This document shows, one piece after another, positions 32,804 to 56,582 of a stretch of 64,000 nucleotides of DNA. Within the stretch, counting starts at the first letter, position 1. Every line of letters starts with the position of its first letter. Position numbers and translations under genes: made by a program. The DNA lies in NCBI RefSeq assembly GCF_009914755.1, contig NC_060946.1; one strand, written 5' to 3'. The notes beneath the pieces are model-generated. The model was not told the DNA's origin. It made no database searches and was given only the letters and a program-made list of their open reading frames with translations. The stretch comes from the human T2T-CHM13v2.0 reference genome, Homo sapiens.

Positions 32804-35254
32804 CTGACCTGGGGCAGCTGAAGAACTGAGATAGACCTAAGTTCTGGGTGGGTGCTTGGAGGCCCCACGGGCGTGGCTGGTGAGATTGCCGCTTCAGGGC
32901 CAAAGTGGGTGCCGGGCTTCCTGAGGTTCGAGAGCAGATGAGAACTCTTGAGTGGCAATGAGGGCTGTGTGGTGGCCTTCTCTGCTTGGCAGCCTCTGCC
33001 CAGCCTGCAGCTGCCTTGCTCCTCAGAGAAGCGCTGAGCTTTAGGCCACAGAAAAGAGCTGACCATCTTCTAGAAGGGACAGCTGCTCAGGCACAGGCGC
33101 CTCTCTGGAAGAGGCAGTCAGGTAGAGGCAAGGGGAGGGGCCCTGACCTTCAAGCAGGAAGAGAGGTGAGCTTGTGAGACAGCTTTCTGGGGTGCAGGTA
33201 GAGAGTAGCAGCAAGTCAAGCATGGGTCAGAAAAGGCAGAGTTGGGCTGAGCATGGGGCCCAGAGTCTTTGCTTCCCACTCCTCGGTGCCGTCTGTGGTT
33301 CTCTGTATGGAATTTTCTGGCCTTGGGAGTTTGTTGACACCTGGATAAGTCTAGAACATGTGTTCCGGTGTCTGGGACATGCCCTTACTCCTCTTCAGCT
33401 AGGGCTCTGTGCACCCCAGCACCGTGAATGCACAGGACTTTGGTGGGAGAAATCTCTGTACTTGTTCAACTCAGCATTTAGCAAATGAAGTCACATCAGT
33501 CCCCGTTTCTGACCTTGCTAACCTTTGCGAGAATCACCGCGAGCCATTTTGCTCCATTAGGTAGAGTGATGAGGCCCGGCAGGCCGAGGCTGGGGCTCCT
33601 GCACTCTGTCCCTCCTCTCCCAGGCAGAGGTGTCTTGACCACAAAGCAGTGGGAACAGTCCATTCCATCGGTTGATGTCCCACTGGGCCAGTGGCTTTGG
33701 ATAGGGACCTCTGACCCAGCTGTGCTGGAAGTACCCTGTTGTGGTCACGCTCTGTGCCTTAGCCCCCCACCCCCTGGTCTCCCAGCACACGTGGTTCAGG
33801 AACGGCCTGCACCCAGCATCCCTTGCAGCACTGTCAGGCACAGCCCATGGAACAGGCAGGACAGAAAGAGCATTTCGCTCCAGGAGCTTGGTCCACGTGG
33901 TGCTGAAAGGGCAGTGCCACCCTGCCCTCTGCTGCCTGGTGGGGTGGTGAGGAGGGCAGCATTCTGTTTGTGGGCTCTGGGCCTGGTCCCCAATTTAAGG
34001 AGCTTAGAAAGCAGCTGTCCTATCCCAGTACTCACAGCACTGTGGTGGAAGTGCTTGGGGGGTGGTGTGAGCCGTGGCCCGAGACAGACGTTCATGGCCA
34101 GAGTGCCCCAGGAGAAGCACTGAGTTGGTCTACAGAAATGGATGGTCCAGGGGCCTGGCTCCTAGGCAGACTGTGAGGGGATGCTTGGCATGCAGGGGGT
34201 TGACTAGGGTGTGGGAAATGTAGCAGGGCCTTCAGGGTTCCCCCAGTGTGACAAGGCATCCCTCTTTGCTGAGAGTCCCTCTAGGGGAGGCCAGACGCCC
34301 AGGGCTGGCAGGCAGCTGTTCTCCCCATCAAAGCAGCCATCTGTGCTCCACCCCAGGAAGGTGTGGGTGTTTTACATATGCTTATCCCTGATGCCTGGGT
34401 GGTGTGGTTTCATCCCTAGAGTTTACGGATGAAGACAGTGGTGTCCCTGGTGCAGACACTGGGGTGATTGATCTTATTTGTGTCGTGGCCAGCAAGGCCT
34501 GGGGAGCAGAGCAACAGCCTTGCTTTGCATACACACAGGGCCTCAGAGGACTCAGGTGCACACCTGCATGGCAGAACCAGGCTCTGGGCCCAGGTGTCTG
34601 ACACTGAGTAGCTCGCCTCTCCCAGGGGCGCTGGTGTGGGCCGATGCAAGTGCCACCATGGGTGTGTGTGTGGCTCCCTGGGCCACCTCACTCCAATTAA
34701 GCAGGTCCAGGTGGGACAGCCTGGGACCAGCCCTGCAGCAGCATGTGTTAACCACAACAGATGGCTGTAGCCACCAGGCTTGTCCTTGGTGCAGTCAGCC
34801 TGGGGGCTGCGGGGGCTTGTGGAAGCATGTGGGAAGACGGTCCCACTGGTCAGCAGAGCAGGGTCCTCACCGACCCACAGAGGAGCATGTCACAGGACAG
34901 GCAGGCGTGTCAGGGAAGGCCAGGCTAGTGCCAGCCAAGGGCATTGCCTCCCAGACTGCCCTTTTCCTCACACTCCCACGACACAGCCCTCAAAGCCTGT
35001 GCCCCTGTGGGTCCCTGGCCAAGGAGCAAGGGCTGCCCTGCCTGGGCCCCCCCCGCCAGCCCCTTGGTCACCTCATGCTGTGTGCCAGGCTGGGGGAGTG
35101 TGCCTGTGTGTATGTCCAGGTGGCATTTGGATGAAGACACAGGTGTGTGGTGAGGCTGTGCGGGAGGATGGGCCTATGCGTGCGGTGGGCAGGTGGTGTG
35201 GAGGCAGGCGGGCGGGCGTGTGGCAGCGCGCCGGCTGAGCCCCTCCACTTCCAG

Positions 35255-35391
35255 GTCAGCCAGAGCAGCCTCCCCATGCTGTCCTCGCCGTCACCGGGCC
35301 AGCAGGTGCAGACCCCGCAGTCGATGCCCCCTCCCCCCCAGCCGTCCCCGCAGCCCGGCCAGCCCAGCTCACAGCCCAACTCCAACGTCAG
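35255..35391 (+). CDS. MED15: MED15 exon 10
   Basis: ttccag|GTCAGC...AACGTCAG|gtaggc; 137 nt; VSQSSLPMLSSPSPG... Confidence 0.96.
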
Positions 35392-35483
35392 GTAGGCCTG
35401 GCCTGGGGTGCCCCTCCCCACCTGGCCCTCGAGGCTGGCCCTGCCTGGACCCCGGCTCACATGTTTCTCTCACTTGGCTGCAG

Positions 35484-35611
35484 CTCTGGCCCTGCCCCAT
35501 CTCCCAGTAGCTTCCTGCCCAGCCCCTCACCGCAGCCCTCCCAGAGCCCAGTGACGGCGCGGACCCCACAGAACTTCAGTGTCCCCTCACCTGGACCTTT
35601 AAACACACCTG
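35484..35611 (+). CDS. MED15: MED15 exon 11
   Basis: ctgcag|CTCTGG...ACACCTG|gtaagt; 128 nt. Confidence 0.95.
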
Positions 35612-35756
35612 GTAAGTTGGGCCTGAGGTGCTAAGGTCACTCCTCACCTTTATGAGGCCTCAGCTCATACTGGGTGTGCGAGCTCTGGGGCCCTCAGAGC
35701 TCAAGTTCCCCACCCGAGGGTCGAGGGCTGTGGCCTCACCCGCCTGTGTCCTGCAG

Positions 35757-35891
35757 TGAACCCCAGCTCTGTCATGAGCCCAGCTGGCTCCAGCCAGGCT
35801 GAGGAGCAGCAGTACCTGGACAAGCTGAAGCAGCTGTCGAAGTACATCGAGCCCCTGCGCCGCATGATCAACAAGATCGACAAGAACGAAG
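35757..35891 (+). CDS. MED15: MED15 exon 12 (EEQQYLDKLKQLSKYIEPLRRMINKIDKNE)
   Basis: ctgcag|TGAACC...AACGAAG|gtaggc; 135 nt. Confidence 0.97.
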
Positions 35892-35973
35892 GTAGGCTGC
35901 AGCCAGGGCAGGGGCCTGCACCCTGGGGACACCACCAGGCTTGTGTCTTAGTGTGTACCCTCTTCTGTCCCAG

Positions 35974-36037
35974 ACAGAAAAAAGGACCTGAGTAAGATGA
36001 AGAGCCTTCTGGACATTCTGACAGACCCCTCGAAGCG
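35974..36037 (+). CDS. MED15: MED15 exon 13 (DRKKDLSKMKSLLDILTDPSKR)
   Basis: cccag|ACAGAAAA...GAAGCG|gtgagc; 64 nt. Confidence 0.95.
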
Positions 36038-37002
36038 GTGAGCTTTGCCCACAGCCCACGGAGGGTCCACAAGGGCACAGATAGCCCAGCCATGGATGGG
36101 CACTTGGTGATGATGTGGGTTTAACAAAGGCACCAGGCAGCTCTTTGGACCCTGGCCAGAGGCCTCCAAGGCTCCACTCTGGTGTGTGCTGGGGCTTCAA
36201 GCCCAGGCTTCATCTTGGCCCATGCCCAGCCTTTGCCCTATTCCTGGCTGCTGCTGTGGCCCTCATGCTGGGCCATCACAGCCAGACCTCATCCAGTCAG
36301 CAGCCAGGGGCCCAGCTTGCAGTGGCCTGACCATCAGCTGGCCCAGATGGGCCTGAGCCTGACCTGGAGTTCTGCCCCTGACTTGCTGGTGACCATGGGC
36401 AGGCGACTGCATCTCAGTTACCCCATTTGTAGCCCACGTGTGTTGTCATGAAAATGAAACAAGGTGGCGCTGGTGAGAAGCAGGTGGAAGGCAGGGCTGC
36501 TGGCCACAGGCTGCTGTGAGGATCAGAGCTCGGGCAATACCTCCAAACTGCATGGGCATTGGCATATACCTCCCTTTCACCTCAACTCAGGCTATCCCCC
36601 AACCCCTGTCTAGAAGGGTCTCTCTGTTCTGCTTGTCTGGATAGAATGCCAGTCACTATTGGGTGGTCCTCCAGGTCTTCATGGGTTGATCCTTTGTTAG
36701 GGTTATAGGGATGAGTGGGGCAGGGACTGGCCTACATGACAATGAGGCATTCACAGCCTGATCAGGGGCCTGGCCACTGTCCCTTCTCTTGACCCATCAC
36801 CTCACTCTGCCAACCAGGGACAAGCAGCTCCTGGGGTTGAGGGCTGCCTGCCTTCAACTCTGGGTCTGGGAACAGCTGGTCAACTGGTAGGAGCTCCTGC
36901 AGAGGTTTCTGATGGCTGAGGCCCAGTGGCAGTAGTTGGGATCCTGAGCCTGAGAACTGCCATGTCTTCCACTCTTTCAGCCCAAGTCCTCTCTCTCTGC
37001 AG

Positions 37003-37069
37003 GTGTCCCCTGAAGACCTTGCAAAAGTGTGAGATCGCCCTGGAGAAACTCAAGAATGACATGGCGGTG
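37003..37069 (+). CDS. MED15: MED15 exon 14 (CPLKTLQKCEIALEKLKNDMAV)
   Basis: ctgcag|GTGTCC...GCGGTG|gtgagt; 67 nt. Confidence 0.96.
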
Positions 37070-37498
37070 GTGAGTGGGATGCCAGACACCCCTAGGGGAA
37101 CCAGGGCTCTCCTAAGAGCTCCTGGGAGCGCCGCTGAGAGGGCCTTCAAGGTCAGGGCATCTGGGCGGGGGCCGGGCCTGACCTTGGACCCTGCCCACGA
37201 GGCTTCCTGGCCAGGTCTGCTGTGCTGGGTGGGAACATGGGAGAAGTCACCCTCTGTCTACGGCCCCCGTGGGTGCCTCCTTCACCCATTTCAGAGGAGG
37301 CAGGGACTGTAGGGAGGATAGGCTGTGGGGGTGGGGGATTATTCCCAGGATCAGCCAACATTGTCTGCACAAGGGTGGAGGCTGTGAGAGAGGCCTCGGG
37401 AATCTGACTGTGAGTGACCATGGGCCTGGGGTGTGAAGGCCCCCTAAATGGGGAACCCTCGGGTCCCGGGCTGCTGACCGTGCCCATCCTGTCTCCAG

Positions 37499-37659
37499 CC
37501 CACTCCCCCACCGCCCCCGGTGCCACCGACCAAACAGCAGTACCTATGCCAGCCGCTCCTGGATGCCGTCCTGGCCAACATCCGCTCACCTGTCTTCAAC
37601 CATTCCCTGTACCGCACATTCGTTCCAGCCATGACCGCCATTCACGGCCCACCCATCAC
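37499..37659 (+). CDS. MED15: MED15 exon 15
   Basis: ctccag|CCCACT...ATCAC|gtatgt; 161 nt; QQYLCQPLLDAVLANIRSPVFNHSLYRTF. Confidence 0.96.
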
Positions 37660-37744
37660 GTATGTCCAGCTGGGCTGGGCTTTGCGGAGGGCGGCCAGCC
37701 CTGGGCCGCGTGTGCCAGGTGTGGTCACCATGCCGCCTCCCCAG

Positions 37745-37911
37745 GGCCCCAGTGGTGTGCACCCGGAAGCGCAGGCTTGAGGATGATGAGCGGCAGAGCA
37801 TCCCCAGTGTGCTCCAGGGTGAGGTGGCCAGGCTGGACCCCAAGTTCCTGGTAAACCTGGACCCTTCTCACTGCAGCAACAATGGCACTGTCCACCTGAT
37901 CTGCAAGCTGG
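37745..37911 (+). CDS. MED15: MED15 exon 16
   Basis: ccccag|GGCCCC...AAGCTGG|gtgagt; 167 nt; RKRRLEDDERQSIPSVLQGEVARLDPKF. Confidence 0.96.
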
Positions 37912-38371
37912 GTGAGTGTCCAGAGGGCCGGGACTGGTGTGGGAAAGCAGGCCCTGACCGCAGCACCAGGACTCTGCCATCCAAGCCAGATGGCACAGCG
38001 CCCAGAACCCACCCTGTGTTCACGCCCCGCCAGGCTGTCTGCTCTATCCTCACACACACCGGGCTCCAGACAGCCTGGCCATGCCTCAGTCCCCACTGCC
38101 AGAGCCCGCACACTCTCACCTCCCCAACACAGATGTGGCTTTGCTTGCCTGGGCCCTAGGGAGGTGGTAGGCAGGACCTCTGGGCACCCATCAATGCAGA
38201 GCACTCCAGGCTTCACGTTTGGAAATCTGAGAGTCAGAGAGACCTCCTCCAGGCTTTGCCACAAGCTTCACCAGAACCTCCCTGGGTGTGGAGTCCTGTT
38301 CCAGAGCAGGGCTGTGAGGCAGGGCAGGCCGGGGCTTGTCCAGGTCACAGATAGAGCCTTCTGTGTTGCAG

Positions 38372-38470
38372 ATGACAAGGACCTCCCAAGTGTGCCACCA
38401 CTGGAGCTCAGTGTGCCCGCTGACTATCCTGCCCAAAGCCCACTGTGGATAGACCGGCAGTGGCAGTACG
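38372..38470 (+). CDS. MED15: MED15 exon 17
   Basis: ttgcag|ATGACAAG...CAGTACG|gtaggt; 99 nt; DKDLPSVPPLELSVPADYPAQSP. Confidence 0.96.
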
Positions 38471-38781
38471 GTAGGTAGACCCAGAGGAGCTGTCTGGGGA
38501 CCCAGGGCAAGCAGGGGTCATTGTGGAAAACCAGGCTTCCACTGCAGCAGGGACAGCCTCTGTGCGCTCCTGCCCCTCCCCAGCTCAGGCCCCTCCCTCC
38601 CCTCTTCTGGCTCCTCCTGCACAGACAGGAGCGGGTTTTCCAGTGGTTGCCTGAGAGAAAAGGGTCTCTGCTCCCACTGTGTCCCTTCGCCCCTTCAACT
38701 TGTGTCACGTCAGCTGTCCAGGGTGGTTGTGTTCAGTGGGTGAGGGGTGAGTAAGCCCATGGCTCAGGGACAGTCCCCGCT

Positions 38782-38970
38782 CTTCCCAGAGGCCACTAGC
38801 TTCCCAGAGGCCACTACCTTGGCAGGGCTGCCAGGTTCCACTGGTAGCTTGGGCACACAGGGCCCAATCTGGGTGCTGTGGCTCCAGAGAGAACCACGGT
38901 GGCAGGGGGCAGTCTCTGAGCCCAGAGCTGGCACACAGCAGAGCTGGCACACAGCAGAGCTGGCACACAG
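38782..38970 (+). repeat. Short tandem repeats in intron 17: (cttcccagaggccacta)x2 and (cagagctggcacacag)x3
   Basis: Read directly at 38782-38816 and 38923-38970. Confidence 0.85.
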
Positions 38971-39211
38971 TAGAGCCAGGCTGGGTCCCCAAGGTTGTTA
39001 GAGGCAGAGCCCTAGATCCTGTTCAGATTTGGTTCTCACTGACGATGAGGCTCTGGGAGGAGAGCCCAAAGGCCGGGCAGCGTGCAGGACACATCACCTC
39101 CTGGTGCTTCGGCCCGCGCCTGGGGCTACCCCTTCCCAGAGCACTGCCGGGTGTGCCAGGAGCGAGCGCAGCGCCGGCCGCCTTAGGTTCACGCCCACTG
39201 CTCTGTTGCAG

Positions 39212-39348
39212 ACGCCAACCCCTTCCTCCAGTCGGTGCACCGCTGCATGACCTCCAGGCTGCTGCAGCTCCCGGACAAGCACTCGGTCACCGCCTTGCTC
39301 AACACCTGGGCCCAGAGCGTCCACCAGGCCTGCCTCTCAGCCGCCTAG
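39212..39348 (+). CDS. MED15: MED15 exon 18 coding part (...WAQSVHQACLSAA*)
   Basis: ttgcag|ACGCCAAC...GCCGCCTAG; summed exon lengths are consistent with a 788-aa protein. Confidence 0.97.
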
Positions 39349-40265
39349 CCAAGACTGCAGGGATGGCCCGCAGCCTCATCGGGGCCAAGGACACACGCCT
39401 CCTGTCAGACACTTCTAGGTGTTGGCTTCCTTAGAGAGCCTGGGGTTAGGTTAGCTTTCCTGCTTTTATCTTCTGCCTTGGGGACCTGCCAAACGAAATC
39501 CCACACCTGTACAGAACTGGGATAGGCGCAGTGGAGCGGGTTGCTTGGGGGGCGTTGGCCGACTTCTTAGAGAAGGCCCTCCATGTGACTTCCTCCCAGG
39601 AGCCAGATGCGATCCTCAGGCTGCTCTCACCGTGGCCTGTCCACGGTCCAGGTCCATCTCAGCAGCGTGAGGGTGCACTCAGGGTGTTGTTAGAGCGTCT
39701 CGTGTGTGCTAGACGCACCCCTACTCGTTCCTATAGAACACAGAGGACATAGGAAACCCTTAAAACACACATGGGATTCTCTGGTCACAGTTTTGGGTTC
39801 AGGCTACGCTGCTTTGGGCAGGTGGAGCACCCCCCGAGGAAGCCTGCAAGTCCAGGGCACAGGCTGCCTTTTGGAGGGAGGGCTGGCCCATAGGTGCTGC
39901 TGGCTCCCCGCCACCAGCTGGGCCTCAGCCCTCACGGCATTCCTGCTGAGCACCGTGGGGCACCCAGGGAGCAGGGGCGTCAGGGATCCTGCTGCCGGCA
40001 CCCCTGTGCCGCTGGCATGAGGGCCGTGTCCCCACTGTGAAGGATGAAGAGCAAGGCCCTCAGGACCCGTGTCCTCAGAGCACCACACACTGAGCACCCA
40101 GAGACAGCGGGCCTGGCAGCGGGCCGGGCCATGCAGGGAGCGCCTCCCTATGTTGCCTGCCACTCTGGGCACCGGCCAGCACCCTCTGGTGAGAAGAGGT
40201 CCCCCCTTTTTATGTGCACTACCCCACCATCTGTGATTATAATAAATTTATTATTCCTGTGTTTG
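39349..40265 (+). other. MED15: MED15 3' UTR
   Basis: Runs from the stop codon to AATAAA (40241) followed by a GU-rich tract; cleavage site approximate. Confidence 0.85.
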
Positions 40266-40275
40266 TCAGTTGTTC
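40241..40275 (+). terminator. MED15 polyadenylation signal AATAAA plus downstream GU-rich element
   Basis: AATAAA 40241-40246 followed by cctgtgtttgtcagttgtt. Confidence 0.85.
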
Positions 40276-40318
40276 ATCACTGTGTCCCCTTCTCCATGAA
40301 TCTGGGCTCGCTGTCCTG

Positions 40319-48690
<8,372 letters not shown>

Positions 48691-49000
48691 TAAGTGGCTT
48701 CCAAGAAGGGAAAAAGAAAAATGCAGGCAGGAAAAGGTGCTGATCCATAAAAACCTCTGGAAGGTATGTCTCTAGGGAGGGGGTGAGTGTTGAGGAGGGA
48801 TGTTGCAAACATGGTAGTGGAGATGGCAAGAGTGGCTGCCTGCCTCTTCGTCTGCACTTCCACAATCTGAAGCAGCCATCATCAATCGGAACGCAGATCC
48901 CCAGTATTTGGAGGATGGGGCTCTTATTGCCTGCTGTGGCTCCTGCAAGCTATAGGGAAGCTACCCCAGAAGTATAGGCATGGCTGCTTGCACCACCAAT

Positions 49001-49198
49001 TTAAATGCTAATTACTTCTGAAAACACCCTCACACACATGCCCAGAAATAATGTGTAACCAGATATGTGTGCATCCAGTGGCCCAGACAAGTTGACATAT
49101 AGAATTAACCATCACAAGTCCACCCCTTGTCAACCTGGTACCTACACACATCTCCTTAAACCATACTTAACCTCCAAATAAACACAATAACAAAGTCA
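49001..49198 (-). mobile_element. ERVL: HERVL internal 3' end with PPT joined to an MLT2 LTR start
   Basis: Minus strand reads ...AAGGGGTGGACT|TGTGATGGTTAATT. Confidence 0.7.
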
Positions 49199-49199
49199 G

Positions 49200-51682
<2,483 letters not shown>

Positions 51683-52154
51683 TTACCATTTTGAATCTTA
51701 AGAGGACAAAGTCTGGTTCTCTAGAAGGCCCGAGTAGCTTTTCCCCTGAGCATCTTGAGAAAAAAGTGCTCTGAGCACTCCTTGGGAAGTCCGAGACAGC
51801 ACATGCAGCCAGGTGCTCCCTGGCTGCTCTCCCAGAGGTCAGCACAGCTGGAGGCAGCTGGAGGGAGGAGGCTGCAGAGGCGCTGAAGCCAGGAAGACCC
51901 AACAGTGGAGAGAGAAGTTGCCTGGTGACTGATCGGCTTGACCCTGTGCTCCCCTGGGCTGAGCTGGGTGTCAAAAGGCCTCCACCCTCCAAAGTGCCAG
52001 CCTCCTGCTGTGGCTGGAAAGCATTTGCTCCTCCTCCTCTTCTCACTTCTTTGCATTCTTCTGATCTCTTAAGGGCGTACAAAGATTCACATGGATATTA
52101 AAGTCAATGGTGATTTTCATAGCTGGAATACTCGTTGGGAGAAAGTAGGAATTC

Positions 52155-52810
<656 letters not shown>

Positions 52811-53721
52811 CAAAGAGTCCTCTCTATGTTGGAAATGTCAGAGTTATTGGCCATTTAGGGGATCTAACTTGCTCTTTGATGTCCAAGAGGAAAGGTATAG
52901 AGTTCTCCTGATTACACAGGGCCTCTGCTTGTGGGTCGCCTGCATGAGGCGATCAGAATCTGAGTCACCTGGGATCATGTGGGTGCTGGTACATCCTAGA
53001 GATAGGATGTGTTGGTCATGGAAGAGAGTGGGCCACAAATGGGTTCCAGGGGAATAGCGTTGCCTGGTGCAAGGAGGGGGATGTGGAGGTGCAGGGAGCA
53101 GGGGTGGTGTCTGGAGAGCCTGAAGCTGTGCTGCCAGAGGCTCCAGGCCATGAGGTCTGAGAAGCATCTGGATTTGGCCTGTTCACAGCAGGGAAGTGTG
53201 GTCCAGTGGCAAAAAGTTGAGGGCATCCTAGGAGTTGAGGAGGTGGTGGCGGTTAGAGTAAACCACTCTGGAGGCGTCCGGGGTGGAGAGACGAGAATGT
53301 GCAAGAACTCCTGCCTCTAGCCTGGCCTCCTCAGGACCCCGGCCACCAGCCTCCCTCCTAGAAGTCCCCAGAGCTTCCTCCTCCTTGTGCCCCAGAACTG
53401 GTTCCTGGGTTGCTCCAACCCCAGACCTTCCCTGGAAGTCCCCCCCAGTGCCTCCTGGCTGGGAACCCCCAACTGCATTTTGCTTCTGCTCTCGTGCCAG
53501 TAGTCCCCTTTTCTCTCCAGTGTCCAGGCCCCAACCACCAAGACCCTGCCTCCTCACTTGGCTTTGCTGTTCTTAGTTCTCTACTCAGTAGGTTGTGTCT
53601 GCCTCCATTCCTGGCCAGACGCTGCCCTGGGGCTGAGTGCACAGTCCCCAGCCACTCCCGAGATCCTCAGAGCTTCTGGAAGCCACAGACATGGTGGCAT
53701 ATGTTTCAGGTCGTCAGCTTG

Positions 53722-54295
53722 TTTTTTTTTGGAGACAGAGTCTCGCTCTGTCGCCCAGGCTGGAGTGCGGTGACGTGATCATTCACTGCAGCCTTGACCT
53801 TCTGAGCCCGGGTGATCCTCCCACCTCAGCCTGTCAAGTAGCTGAGACCACATGTGTGAGCCACCACACCTAGCTTTTTGAATCTTTTTTTTTTTTTTTT
53901 TTGAGACGGAGTCTCACTCTGTCACCCAGGCTGGAGTGCAGTGGCACAATCTTGGCTTACTGCAACCTCCAGCTCCCAGGTTCAAGTGATTCTCCTGCCT
54001 CTCCCGAGTAGCTGGGATTACAGGTAGGTGGCACCACACCTAGCTAATTTTTATGTCTTTAGTAGAGACAAAGTTTCACCATGTTGGCCAGGCTGATCTT
54101 GAACTCCTGACCTCAGGTGATCTGCCTGTCTTGACCTCCCAAAGTGCTGGGATTACAGGCGTGGGCCACGCGCCCAGCCAACTTTTTGAATCTTTTGTAG
54201 GGATGGGGTCTTGCTGTGTTGCCCAGGCTGGGCTTAAACTCCTGGACTCAAGTGATCCTCCCTGCCTTGGTTTCTCAAACTTCTGGGATTACAGG
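53722..54295 (-). mobile_element. AluS nested within an AluJ (TSD ctttttgaatcttt)
   Basis: Arm 53722-53872, full Alu 53885-54179, arm 54190-54295. Confidence 0.82.
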
Positions 54296-54597
54296 CCAAT
54301 CTACTCAACGTTGATATTGAGTAGAAGGCAAAATTCACATGGCTCCGGCCCAGCCCCTTTCTGTCTCAGGCACTTCAGTGTTAATATGCGCCTTGGTTTT
54401 GCTGCTGCCGAGTCTACTGTGCCCCTGGGCAAGGAAAGCAAAGGAAACCAGAGGGCCAGGCCCGTGGACACTGGGGTGAGGGGCCAACAGGGTGCCCAGC
54501 AGTTGTTTCCACAGCCCCCACGTGGTCAGGGACCCTGTATGGGTGAACCGCCTGGATACTGAGCCTAGGCGGCGGAAAACTCAAAAGCAAGGGCAGG

Positions 54598-55291
<694 letters not shown>

Positions 55292-55899
55292 TCAGGGCTG
55301 GTGCAGCTTCCCCACCTGGTCAGCAACATCATGGCCAAGGAGTAGAGGGCGTAGCCCAGGGTGAACAGCAGTGCACAGGTGAGGGGCCTGATGCAGAACA
55401 GAGAGGCCATGAAGAAAGCCAGCAGTAGCCAGGGCAGTGTCAGGTAGCTGCCTAGGAAGTGCAGGTTGAGCCTGTGGCCGCTGGCCAGCGTGGGCTCTGT
55501 GAGGTGGTAGCAACAGAAGCTGGCAAGGAAGTCATCTCAGGAACACAGAGCCGCCATCTGGTCTGCAAACTGAAGCGCAGGCAGTGGCACGGGGGCATGG
55601 GGTGGTGGCACCACAGGCCTCAGGACAGCTGCACCCCACCCCCACAGGCCACCCTGAGACTGCACCCCAGGCAGGAGCACCCAGAACCCTCTCTGAAGAG
55701 GCCAGGCCAGCCCTCCTGCCCACTCACTCTGTGTTTGATGGCAGATGACAGCCGGAAGGATGCTCAGACCAAGCTGGTAATCTCATAACTCCAGAGGGGC
55801 TGCAGCTCCGGGTCCCCCTGGTACTCAATTTCAAACCTTTGCAGCCTGTTGATGATCTAGAAACCCAGGCTATAGGGTTGGGCCAGAAAACATGGCCCT

Positions 55900-56582
<683 letters not shown>

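Noticed and set aside
33485-35134. 212-aa and 218-aa ORFs in intron 9
   Set aside because: Low-complexity Pro/Gly/Cys/Trp composition expected by chance at this GC content; no homology recognised.
38923-38970. Direct repeats considered as a CRISPR-like array
   Set aside because: Head-to-tail with no spacers, in a eukaryotic intron.
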